Origin: Oopsacas minuta
Lineage: Eukaryota; Animalia; Porifera
NCBI GenBank assembly: GCA_024704765.1
Contig: JAKMXF010000363.1
Span: forward strand, 1-38,410
Direction: 5' to 3'
DNA length: 38,410 bases
A program made the position numbers and the translations under genes. This document shows, in pieces, positions 11,654 through 23,072 of the stretch. Numbering within the stretch: position 1 is the first letter of the stretch; the number at the start of each line of letters is the position of its first letter. The notes beneath the pieces were generated by a model. It searched no databases. It was not told the DNA's origin and was given only the letters and a program-made list of their open reading frames with translations.

Positions 11654-13247
11654 ATCTCAACGTGACAATTCCTTAACACCCTATATTACAAGGTAAACTT
11701 ATTCTCATCGCTATGCTTTGTTTGAGAAATAATATAGAGTCAAAAAGTGTCATGTGGAAATGTTAGATAGATAAACTCGGATAATCTTTGTAGAAAGTCG
11801 TTAATATCTAGCCAACAAAGAACTGAGGTTTAGCAATCAAAATAGTGTCATACCTTATTTGGTCATTAAATTATATGGGGAAATAGAAACTGACTATATC
11901 TTACAAATTCGTCAAAGGATCAATTTTGATTTTGTGATATATCGATGCAACAAGACATTTAGCATATGAAAAAGTCAAATAGATAAATGGACGATATAAT
12001 TAATATCCCATCGTCCATTAAAGCACGCTGTGATTACACATTATATAACTCTATTGGATGACAAGCATAAACATAAAATCTATCAGAGTGTGTAATTTAA
12101 GGATGAAGAAGTTCAGTTTTGGAAAAAAAAAACACCATTTTGCCATTTTCGGTTGAGGAATATCAGTATATTCAGTGCATTTCTTACTAAAAGGCAAACA
12201 CTGCACAGTGGCTTCACCATAGGCTTTAGAGTGAATTTTCATCATCCCACAAGCTTTCAAAATGTTACCATTAAATTCACCATAGTCTGAAACCTGGGAA
12301 TCATAATTTTCTTTATAAAATTCCTATTACTTTGTAATAAAATGTCATGCTTAGTGGATGGCTATAATTGAAATCATTATTCATCTCTATTATATGTTTA
12401 CATATAGGCATATAATTCTCTCTATCCAAAAATACTCATTAGAATGACAGCTCAAAGTTTCAACCTATTATTAATTCAGGGTATAATCTTCTCAATTATG
12501 ATAAGAGCTAAGTATTTCACTTTGAATATTTTCTCCATGGTTCAGTTAATTTTGACGTCACATAATGTGTCCGGACGCATTATACCTTGGTCTAATTACC
12601 CCTCAAACTCATTGTGGCCAGGGAATATCAAGTTTTAGGATGATTTGTCATGATATTATCTGTAATTTAGAACTGAATCCAGCCTCCCGCAAATGAACAC
12701 CAAGCATTTTTAATAGAGTGACCCGTTAATTTTATGAATTTCAGAATTTAAGCAATTCATATCAGACTACTTTTGTTTACTAAATTTCTAGCAACTATTT
12801 CAAATTCTAAATGAATAACCAGGAAACACTCGATTTTCTTCTCTCTCAACCATCAATCAGAACGGCAGTCGATTCCTTCATCCAGATATTTGGTCTTTCA
12901 GATGACGAATTCTCCTAAATTCAGAGTAGATTCAACGAATTGAAGTCTGATTAATCCATAAGCGAATAATGGATTGTATACCCCTAACCCCAACCTAAAT
13001 AGATTTACGCTAGTTTATATGTTTCGCAAATTGTGATTACGTCATCATAACTCAAAAAATAAAAGCCATACCAAAAATATTCTGCTTCCAATCACTTAGT
13101 TATATGCAATAACCCATAGATACATAATACATTTTATGCACTTTAAGTGTACCCAAGACCCTAAAGCCTACGGATAGCCATTTAAAGCACATTATGCACT
13201 GGAAATATTTATATAAATTAAGTGTAAAGTAAAACATATCAGCTTAC

Positions 13248-13571
13248 GTCGATGAACCCGAAAGGGGTTGAATGGCGGGGAAGGTGATGTGCTTGAATTG
13301 GTACTCTGACTGAGCAGCATCGATGTAGACGGGGGATTCGGAATAGGCGGGAGTGATGCTGGGGTCGTCCGAGGTGGACAAAGATTGTAATTCTGAGATG
13401 TAGTGGGGGTAGGGATGGAAGCTGGTGGAAGGTAATGCTCTGTGCGGGAAGTTGAGCAAGTGGGAGCCCGACGCGGCACAGGAGGGGGCAGAAGATAAGG
13501 AAGTGTCTGAGTGGCGAGATCGGTGCGGTCTGTATATATTGAATGGGTCGGGTTTGCGAATTTTCTGATAC
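13248..13571 (-). CDS. candidate internal coding exon of a host gene; Pro/Ser/Thr-rich low-complexity segment
   Basis: Branch-like CTAAT about 20 nt upstream of acceptor TATTTAG| and donor GAC|GTAAGC. 324 bp, open frame, phase 1 at both ends. GC-rich island. Peptide IRKFANP...LLPPPVPRRAPT...SPSPPFNPFRVHR. Confidence 0.6.
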
Positions 13572-14707
13572 CTAAATACATACCACGATCATTAGAAGCA
13601 TTAAAAACATACAAAAACACGTAACCTATGACGAATAAAGTATGATGATAAATACACGATATGATACCTTAGATATGCAAAGAGCGAATAATATTCCTAA
13701 AATTGCACATATTGAGTCAATCATCAGAACTATCACATAAAGTACATTATGACTACGTACATAAAAATATGTTAATAGGCTAAAGCTTTTCGAAAATAAA
13801 GAGATTCAGTGAAAAACATACAAATGTTGAGGTAAATAAGCAAATCTGTCATCTAAATGCAAGAACAAGACGACAATAATACAGATAATCGTAACCAAGC
13901 TAATGAATATCGAATATATTAACAAAGAGGATATATAGGTCTATGATCAACTAACAACTCAACACAAATACCCCAATTGGCATACCCAATATCCAAAATA
14001 TTGGAAATCATAAATATTAATCTGATGAGCTTTCGATTCATAGTGTGCAAGAAATTTGTGTATACTTGTCTAGATAAGTAAATAACATTTATTTAGCTAT
14101 ATAAATAACTATAATCAGGATTTCACAAATCAGCGAACATTAATCAAATGAACGTATTGGGATCAGTCAAAAGCGATCAGATAAGAAAATCAGGGGAATT
14201 GAGGTAATGAATAACTAGTGAATTGGGACTAAGAAGCATGTCGATATTATACAACGTACAAATATGACTGAGGACGTCGACAGTATGTAGGTCATGAACA
14301 AAAATGAGATTATCAATTTTGTCCAAGCTGCTAGACAAAATTGAGAGCTGGACAAGAATGAATAACTGTTATTAATTTCAATATACATTTCACTGTGAGT
14401 TACAAATAATGGATACTGCATAGTAGTTCAATTATGACATGAGTATCAAGTGCATTTAATACCATATTCTAGAGCAAAAATATTCGTTGGCCTATTTCCT
14501 GTTAGTACATTCAGAAAAAGGTCCATAAACTATTGATCCAATTAGATACAAAATTCTTATAACAAGTGATTTGACTAGGGATTAATGCTTCGACTAAAAA
14601 CATGGCAATTGTAAAACATTTCAATGTATTAGGTGTTATCGAAATGTGAAAAGTTTAAATTTCACTCGAGATGAATATATTGGTCATATAGTTTTCGTAT
14701 CTATCTA

Positions 14708-16051
14708 CAGGGTGTATCAAAAGTGCTGTCGTATAACTAACAATTATCCGATGTTCACAATATCCGAAACCCATTCCATACTCTTATCACTTCGTTATCA
14801 TTCAGATAGTTGAATTTGTTTTGTATATTTATCTGCACAAATTATTCCATATTCTCACTTTTTGATATTTTTTTCTAATTTTTTACATTTTTGTACATTT
14901 TTGCATAATGGATATCAACGACCATGGTGTTGAACTTCAAAATAAAGCTATACGGATTCTAAAGGCTGGTTTGAATCTTAAAAAAGTGTCAGAAGCTCTA
15001 GTATTTCAATTAGATCAGTCTAAAGTTCGTCTCGATGGGAAAAACTTGGACAATCCTTGGATACTTTACCCAGGTGCGGACGCCCAAAGATCCTTTCTCG
15101 CATTCCAAAAAGCATCATATCCAAGACTTTGTGCAAGAGAGGAAAATCTACATGATCTATAGCATACATTGGTCAATTCTGGTTTTCCGCTTCACATTCA
15201 ACAGTCCATCGCGATTTGAGGCATTCCATCAGTGTTTATCGTTACAAAAGGCCGTGAATCCCTCGTCTCACCAATAAAATGATGGAAGATCGACTCCTCT
15301 TCGCCCTCAAACACAAGAATTGGACTGTAAACAGATTGGGAGAAGGTTTCATGGTCCGATGAATCACTTTTTCAACAATTTATACCACCAAACAGGCAGG
15401 ACGACCGAGTGTGGTCACATAGTTCGGCCGATGTTCAGCCATTCAAATGTGTTAAATTCCCGACGAAAATCCAAGTTTGGGGATGATGTCTCTCTCATCA
15501 GGCACTCTCAGAACTCCATATAATCCCTCAGAAACAGAATGTTAAGGGAGATTATTAACGAGAAATAATATTGAAAGGAACTTGCATGGATGCGATAAGA
15601 AGAACATCAAATTCTGGCACTATTTTGGAACAGTCTATGACTAAAAAGATGCCCCAGTCGATTTTTATGCAAGATGGCGCTCCAGCCCACACCGCCAAGC
15701 TCACTCAGACTTGGTGTTCAGAGCACCTGCCAAACTACTGGGCGAAGGTTGACTCGCCAAGTAACTCCCCGGATTTGAATCTGATCGAAATTAATGGTCT
15801 ATCCTTGCAGACAAGCTCAGTAAACTCCCCGAAGTTAGCACTATAAATTCCCTCGTAATTCATTTGAAAAATGTGTGGTCAGGGATTGACCCTGTGATTC
15901 TTCGAAATTTGACAAATGGTATGCCTAATCGCATTAGCGAAGTAATAAATTGGTCAGAACATTATATTGGTATATAGAGTGTAAGTTTATATTGTGTATT
16001 GAATATGTTATAGTCAAATATATAATACGACAGCACTTTTGATGCACCCTG
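14708..16051 (+). mobile_element. full-length Tc1-like DD37E element (1344 bp), decayed transposase
   Basis: 27-bp TIRs CAGGGTG(T/C)ATCAAAAGTGCTGTCGTAT with 1 mismatch; TA at 14706-07 and 16052-53. Transposase pieces 14908-~15975 include VKFPTKIQVWG and IFMQDGAPAH-x37-E (SPDLNLIE). Confidence 0.93.
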
Positions 16052-16375
16052 TAGTACTACGAGTATTGCTAATATATAAATTATTATCTATAAAAAGAGA
16101 TACGTGACAAATATCAATTGACTGATGAAAAATACGTACACTTGTACATGAACTAATATAGTAGATAATACAGAATACTTAAGGAACAACATTCATTATG
16201 ACTATTGTCCGGATAGAGGTTAAACATTGGAACGAACGGGGATGATAAACAAGTATTAAATTATATGTGGCCATATGTTAAATTACTCCAGACACTTTAG
16301 CCTTTGGCCGATACAGATTAAGACTAATAGTACCAATCATTCAAACAAAAATAATTTTTGCTAACTCAGAATACA

Positions 16376-17287
16376 CAGTCAAGGGACAAAAGTATTCGAC
16401 CACACAAATATATTGTCATAAATTGTATGCTCTTTCCCGCTCCCATATATTGTGTAGTCTATATTCTTAGCTGCAATCTAGTAATTTGCACAGAATAACA
16501 TATAGTTTACAAGAATTTCAAAAAAATATTTCGAATTACAATTTTTGAAGGTGTTAATTATAATAATAACTATATAATTAGTGATAATCAAAGTATGTGG
16601 TAAATCAAAACCTATTAAGAATCTATAATTTCTGACTTGATATTATGAATTCTACGTAGGCGAGTTACCCCAGATAAAAGTTTTTAATGGGATTGAACAA
16701 TTTTTGCCAAAGTTATAGAAGAAATTTCAATTTGTGCCATTTGTGCCACCTTTTGCCCAAGGTGGCACAAGTGGCCGCTACCAAGAGGATATTTTGTAAT
16801 TCAAGGGTTAGCATAGTCGTATCATTCGAAAATATAACTTTGACTTATTCCTCCTAACCCTAGTTGGTCTCCTTTTAGTGGCGCTTTTTCCTGCCACCTG
16901 TGGTACTTTTTGCAAAAAGTGGCACAAGTGGCACAAAATGAAATTCTTCTATAACTTTGTTAAAAATTGTTCAATCCCATTGGAAATTTTAATCTGGGAT
17001 AACTCGCCTACGTAGAATTCAAATATCAAGTCATAAATTATAGATTCCTAATAGATTTTGAATTACCACATATTTTGATTATCAATAATTATCTAATAAT
17101 TATTAATAATTGACACCTTCAAAAAGTGTAAATCGAATATTTTTTGAAATTCATGAAAAACATATGTTATTCTATGCAAATTATTAGGTTGCAGCTACGA
17201 ATATAGACTACACAATACATAGGAGCGGGAAAGAGCATACAATTTATGACAATATATTTGTGATCGGATACTTTTGTCCCTTGACAG
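16376..17287. mobile_element. foldback-type MITE with ~380-bp inverted arms
   Basis: 16376-~16757 is the reverse complement of ~16911-17287 (e.g. GAATTCTACGTAGGCGAGTTA/TAACTCGCCTACGTAGAATTC). Tc1-like terminus CAGTCAAGGGACAAAAGTATTCG. TA at the right end (17288-89), CA at the left. Confidence 0.93.
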
Positions 17288-17544
17288 TATATAAATTTGT
17301 TGCCCTGAAATAGACTTTTAGATGCTTTCCAGCTAATTAGTTATATTAGAAATATGGGGAAGCATACCTATTTACATAAGATGTGTCATATATCAGATTT
17401 GGTCGTAATTGTACAACGAATTCGCATTAAAAACTAGAATTTTGGGTAACCTTAAAATCCGATGCAAATCTTGTAATATTTCATATATATTTATAACCTT
17501 AAGATTAAGAAGTACATATCCAAAACAGAAAATGATATGGACAT

Positions 17545-17877
17545 CAGGGAATGAAAAGTTCACGACCGAACTTATTGAACTTGAACTGAACGAACTTGGT
17601 GAATAATAATTTACTATACAATAGAGAATTCCATACTTCAGTTCCATGAAACTCACTCAGCTCAGTACCATATATGTATTTCCGAACTTAATTAAATAAC
17701 AGCTTAGATGGATTATCCAACAATCTTAAACGGGATGAACCAACCCACTCATCGAACGAAATGAACGAACATCAATGAAATAGGAGTTAGAATGTGAACG
17801 TGAACGAACTGAACGTGTCAATTTGAGTTGAACTGAATTGGGTTTATTCAATCCGTTCGTGAACCTTTCATTCTCTG
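17545..17877. mobile_element. MITE with GAACTGAACGAAC-rich interior
   Basis: TIRs CAGGGAATGAAAAGTTCACGACCG / rc CAGAGAATGAAAGGTTCACGAACG (3 mismatches in 24). GGACAT occurs just outside both ends (degraded TSD). Confidence 0.75.
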
Positions 17878-17959
17878 AACAGGACATTCGATATATTTTA
17901 CGCCACTTACTATGCATACAATAACTCACTGACTCACTGGTTAAGTTACTTTTACACAT

Positions 17960-18560
17960 CTTTGAGTCAGACGTGGAGCATATTCTTGAAGTCTACATGA
18001 ACACTCTATTGGTCCTGTGGCTGGCGCGGCCTCCAGTGCACGATGACTGTACTTGTCCAGAGCCACTTAATCCTAGCACTAGTGTCATGTTGGACAATTC
18101 AGCCACGTTATCTGTTTGTAGGAGAGGGCGGATCGTGCTCTAAGATATTCAAAGGAAGTCTGCTACCTCGGGCATTGTCTTGGTTTGAGTGCTCGTGCGA
18201 ACTGAAACAGTCCTGACAGTTGAGGATATACTTGTACCCTTCAACTGGTACCATCTGTAAATCAACCAGGTCGCTTACCTGCGTTACCCAATAGTGTCTG
18301 GGATGATTGGCTTGTGTATAACCATGTGTGTGCTCTTCCTTCTTCTTGCTTACTGACACGTCTGACAGAGATCTAAAATACCTGTTTCACAGGGTGGGGG
18401 ACATGAGTGTCATGCTCTTTCAAGGATTTCTCCATACTCTACCGTCTACCATGACTGATCTCGCTGTGTACATCTACTAACACATCTCCAACATTCTGTA
18501 CATAGTGACGAAATTTCTTCCTGTTACAATTTGATCGTCTGTCTCACTTGTCCTGAAGCA
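17960..18560 (-). pseudogene. Ginger2/KRBA2-SCAND3-type integrase (HHCC + rve-like DDE) remnant
   Basis: Across frames: LVDVHSEISHGR..LKEH..HVP..V..FLDLCQTCQ (HHCC), QV.DLVDLQMVPVEGYKYILNCQDCFS, RALK.KTMPEVADFL..I..EHDPPS.LQTDN, VIVHWRPRQPQDQ..FKNML. No RT, gag or LTR nearby. Confidence 0.8.
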
Positions 18561-18914
18561 ATGCTCTCGTTTATCTCACCAATCCCTCTCTCTACCCAAC
18601 AGCTGCTTAAAACATGCTAACTTTTAAACTGATTCTATAACATTGTCCAGATCGAACAACAATTAGATTTGAATTCTAAGAATAAATGTTTCAAGTTTTG
18701 GAAACATAGGCATAGTCAAAAGTATGCATATTTTCCATCTGAAGATACCACAACTACTATTCATTATTAGCAACCCATGGTGTAATATACAGGTGGTCAA
18801 TGAGTTCTGGCACAGAAAAACTATAACAATTCAACCAATATTCATTATATTGAGTTGATATTTTAGCATAAGTAGTTAGGCAATATGAGTTTATTGTGCA
18901 CAATCCCTATTCTA

Positions 18915-20292
18915 CAGTCTGTTTCAAAAGTATTGGCAGTAGTTCATAGTTCATATTTCCTAAGCCTATCCAATTGTGTGATAGTATTATCCATTGATCT
19001 TTTCGATATTGCATACTTAGATAGTCATCATGAAATTTATCATTAATCATGATGGACTTTCTTAATGTTTACCTCGATTCAGATATTTGAAAAGGGGAAT
19101 TTTGAGGCATAAAATTTCCCACCGCCACAGCTGCGAATTTGATCTCATTTAATAAAACAAATTATATTTTAGCCCTATTTGTAGCTAAATGTCGCAATTA
19201 GAACAGAGGAAGAAAATCAAAATATTTATTGATGCAGGTATTACTTCAGCGAAGGAAATCTCTGCTAAAACAGGGATACCATTGAAGACAATTTTTCGTA
19301 TAAAATCTATACTTCGTGAAGGCAAAAGCATAATACATAAAAGTGTTAGTGGGCGTCCCAAGGCTATCACATATTCACACAAACAATCAATTATATGAAC
19401 GTTAAATTCTCATTCTAAGATCTCTATACGTTCTGTACACGCGAATCTCTCTTCCAAGTACACCGATGCTCCGTCAACTTCAACAGTCTACCGGGCAACT
19501 CGTGCTTGTGGATTAAACTTTAAACAACCTGTTATGGGACCATTCATCACCCCATTAATAGCTAAAAACAGAGTTGAATGGTGTAAAGATCATGTGAATT
19601 ATTGTTGGGAGAATGTATTCTTCACAGACGAATGTTCTATTTGGTTAAATCGGGGAAGTGTTGGCATGTGGACTAAAGCAAAAGAAAATCCTATTCTGAA
19701 GGTTCAACGGCACACACCAAAATTACACGTTTGGGGAGGGATTTCTTCCATGGGAACCACAATATTGAAGATATTTACTTCTAATTTTGTCACCAAATTG
19801 TATATTGATACTCTGAATGAGTGTTTAATCAGAACAGCTGATGTTTACTATCCTGAGGGATGGATTTTGCAGGAAGACAATTCTCCAATTCATAAATCTA
19901 AGCTCAGCAAAGTGTGGAAAGATAGTGAAAATATTCTAGTATTGGATTGGCCTGCCTATTCTACGGGCTTAAATCCAATTGAGAACATCTGGGGAGTCCT
20001 AAAGCAGACGTTGTCAAAGAGATCTCTCAATAACTTGGCTGATTTAGAAGTAGCTATAATTTACGAATGGGAGACTTTTACCCCCGATTTCCTGAAAATT
20101 TTTATATTATCTATGCCTAACCGTGTAAGTATGTGCATAAATTCGGGAGGGGAGGAGATTAATTACTGAAATTTTGTTTACAGATTTATCTTACCCATAG
20201 AATTCGTTGTATCATTATCAATTTGCTATTTGTTCCAATTTCTGAATTATTAATATTATAATTTACTACCAATACTTTTGAAACAGACTATG
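18915..20292 (+). mobile_element. Tc1 (DD34E) element nested in the maT element
   Basis: TIRs CAGTCTGTTTCAAAAGTATTGG(C/T)AGTA, with a 2-nt irregularity at the right tip. TA at 18913-14 and 20293-94. Confidence 0.93.
19189..20169 (+). pseudogene. Tc1 transposase, single frame, one premature TGA
   Basis: ORFs 19189-19398 and 19534-20169 share a frame and the only stop is TGA at 19396-98. VFFTDEC (D1), LQEDNSPIH (D2), x34, LNPIENIW (E). Confidence 0.92.
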
Positions 20293-21984
20293 TATCCGCC
20301 TTTCTTTTGATAACAGCCTTCAGACGCCCGGGGACTGCCCACACTGCGGCACGCAGCATCTTCTGTGGTATTTTTGCCCATTCTCTCGTCAGAGATTGCC
20401 TTAGAGACTCAATACTATTATGGGACTTCGAGCAAGCACTTGACTCTAAAATGGACCACACTGAGAAATCTAGATGGTTTAGGTCTGGGATAGACGGCGG
20501 CCATTCTACCTTTGAGATAAAGCCAGGAATATTTGTCTGAAGCCATTCCTGAGTACTGTTTGCTGTATGGGCAGGAGCACCGTCTTGTTGGAATATGAAC
20601 GGCTGGTTTTCAAACATCATCTCACCAAGATCTTTCACAATGGGCTGTAAAATGAGCTCCTTATAAGTTGCAACATATATCTTGACCCCTGCAGGAACGA
20701 AAACCAGTGATGTCCGGCAAACAGAAGATACTCCGGTCCAAACCATCAACGAGAGTGGTTTCTGGACTCTTTTGACGTACCTGTACTCATCAGGGATAGT
20801 AGAAGTGCTTTTAGTTAATATTCTATCGTTTTGACGATTGAATGCTTGTTCAAGGGTGAAAGGTTTCGGAGAAAAGGACTTGATCCAGTCCCTGGGCTGC
20901 GAATCGTGTATGGAGGACTTTGCTTCTTGAGAGCCTCTTTGTCTTTATTTGTCTGAAAGGAAATGGACTTTCCTTTTCTTAAACGAAGATAGCCCTAAGT
21001 GTCTCTTGACAATCGTTTGAAGAGATCACGGGATATTTTCAGTTCTTTGGCCATTTTTCTGATCGATCGCTGAGGATTTCGCCACACTCGACTCCGCACT
21101 ATCTTTCGCACCTTTACGGTCGTGATGGAGACCAGGCGACCAGTTCTGGCTCTGTTCATCACGCCGCCAGTCTCATTGAAGCGTTTTATCGTACGGATTA
21201 CGAAATTCTGACGTGTCTGTGGAATTTTTAAAAGTTTCATTATTTCATTTTGTTTTTTCCCTTTTTGAAATAATTCAACAATCGCCGACCGTTCTTTCTC
21301 CATAGCTGATAATTTGTTCCTGGTTTTCAAATAGTGTATTTTTCTATAAATATTGTATTGCGAGAGATAACAGAATAAATACAAACCAGTAACGTCAATC
21401 AATCTAAATCATGAAAGACTTTGGTACGATATAAAGTTATGTGCCAGAACTTATTGGCCACCCTGTATATGAATATTGATAACACTCACTCACTTTTCCA
21501 GCTCTCAATTTTGTCCACAACATGTAAACAACTTAATCAAAGGAATGTAGTACACAGGACTCAAGAATGCAAGGCGCATGAACATGGCATAAGACAGTGG
21601 TTCTTAAACTTGCAATCAACAATAATGAACGTATTGTACTATAAAATCTCCCTTTCTGTGAGCGAAAATTCTTGCATTTTCTAGAATGTGTCCAGGAATA
21701 TTCAGTCATCTTATGATATCTCAAATACCGCATGTATTATACAAAATGTAACAATTTTCAAGATAATCCCAGAAACATGGTTTCAACAATGATTATTAGG
21801 GAATTGGATGCGCTAGTTCCAAATATCACATTGTCAACAGGATGTGATCAATATTTGTTGTTATTTATGGCTAAACAGTAAACGAATGTCAAAATTCTCC
21901 CTGGAACAAGGTTTGAGCGATCATATATGGGTAATCGGCTACGCTGATTCCGAATACGATAATATAAACGATGTATGATTACTA

Positions 21985-23072
21985 CAAGGGTTGTTCAATA
22001 AGTAATGAGACTAATGCATCGAATTCATATTCTAGTTAATACAGCTCTAAGCCTAATATCAGATTACAAGCCTAACTTGATTGTCTAACTTCGATACAAT
22101 ATATTCTTTACTCTACTAGCATATTCTTCAGCATAAAGTGTCATACTTCCACAAAAACCCGCAGTAATATCAAGAGGGTCCAAACAATTTTGGACGAGGA
22201 CAGACAAATAACCCTGCGAGAGTTAGAAGAGAGGGTAGGTATATCAAAAGCCATACTGCACTCGATTATCAATGAAGATCAGGAAATGTCGAAGGTAACT
22301 GAGCGTTGGGTTCCAAAACTTCTTTCAAAAGAACAAAAATGCGAAAGGCTCAGTGTTAGCAAAGAATTACTTTCAAGATACAAGGAACAGGAAGACTTTT
22401 TGGATAGTATAGTAACCGGGAATTAAACTTGGTTTCATTATTATGAACCAGAGAGCAAAACTCAGTCGAAGCAGTGGAAGAGACGTGATGAACCTGTACC
22501 CATCAAGGTAAATGCTGCAAAATCAGCAGGAGAGAGAATGGCAACAGTATTTTGGGATAGTGAAGGAATTATACACCTCGACTGGTTGCCTGAGAAGACA
22601 ATCATAAATAATGACTATTACGTTGACGAATTGAAAGAATTGCGTCAAGCGATTAAAAGTGAGAGGTGAGGCAAGTTGACACGTGGCGTATTGCGGCAAC
22701 ATGACAACGCAAGGCACTATGTAAGCTCCAAGACAATGGCAGCAATTGACGAGTTAGGATTCGAATGCCTCCCTCATCCCCCGTATAGTCCAGACCTGGC
22801 TCCCAGAGACTACTGGCTGTTTGGTGAGATGCAGAGACCTCTTCGAGGGAAGAGATTTGAGGATTTCAAACAGCTGGAGTATGAAATAAAACATTGGGAA
22901 AAGGGACTCCTAAAGAACTCTATACCACTGGGCTGGAAAAGTTACCAGAACGATGGAAACGATGTATAAAGTTAAAGGGAGAATTTATCGTAACTTTTGA
23001 TAATCAATTGTGAGAAGTATAGGTTTACTATATGAATTATGAAAAGTCTAATTATTTATTGAACAATCCTTG
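21985..23072 (+). mobile_element. mariner (DD34D) element, 1088 bp, N-terminally deleted pseudo-transposase
   Basis: 28-bp TIRs CAAGG(G/A)TTGTTCAATAA(G/A)TAAT(G/T)AGACT. TA at 21983-84 and 23073-74. WVPKLL, VTGN*TW (dead D1), HDNARH-x34-D (HPPYSPDLAPRDY). Confidence 0.93.

Larger units (their letters stand above)
18790..21465 (-). mobile_element. maT (DD37D) element, ~1.3 kb once the nested Tc1 is removed
   Basis: TIRs CAGG-TGGTCAATGAGTTCTGGCACA (18790) / rc CAGGGTGGCCAATAAGTTCTGGCACA (21465). TA at 18788-89 and 21466-67. Transposase from ATG at 21303 (MEKERSAIVELF); QQDGAPAH-x37-D (PDLNHLDFSVW). Confidence 0.92.

Noticed and set aside
12981-12998. Telomere-like CCCTAACCC (also 16804-16861)
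   Set aside because: One or two degenerate units only; not an interstitial telomeric array.
14130-14421. Protein-like plus-strand frame (IGTKKHVDIIQRTNMTEDVD...)
   Set aside because: Multiple stops and no recognisable motif; cannot be assigned.
19396-19398. TGA as recoded codon or alternative genetic code
   Set aside because: Neighbouring pseudogenes carry TAA, TAG and TGA stops plus frameshifts, so simple decay explains it.
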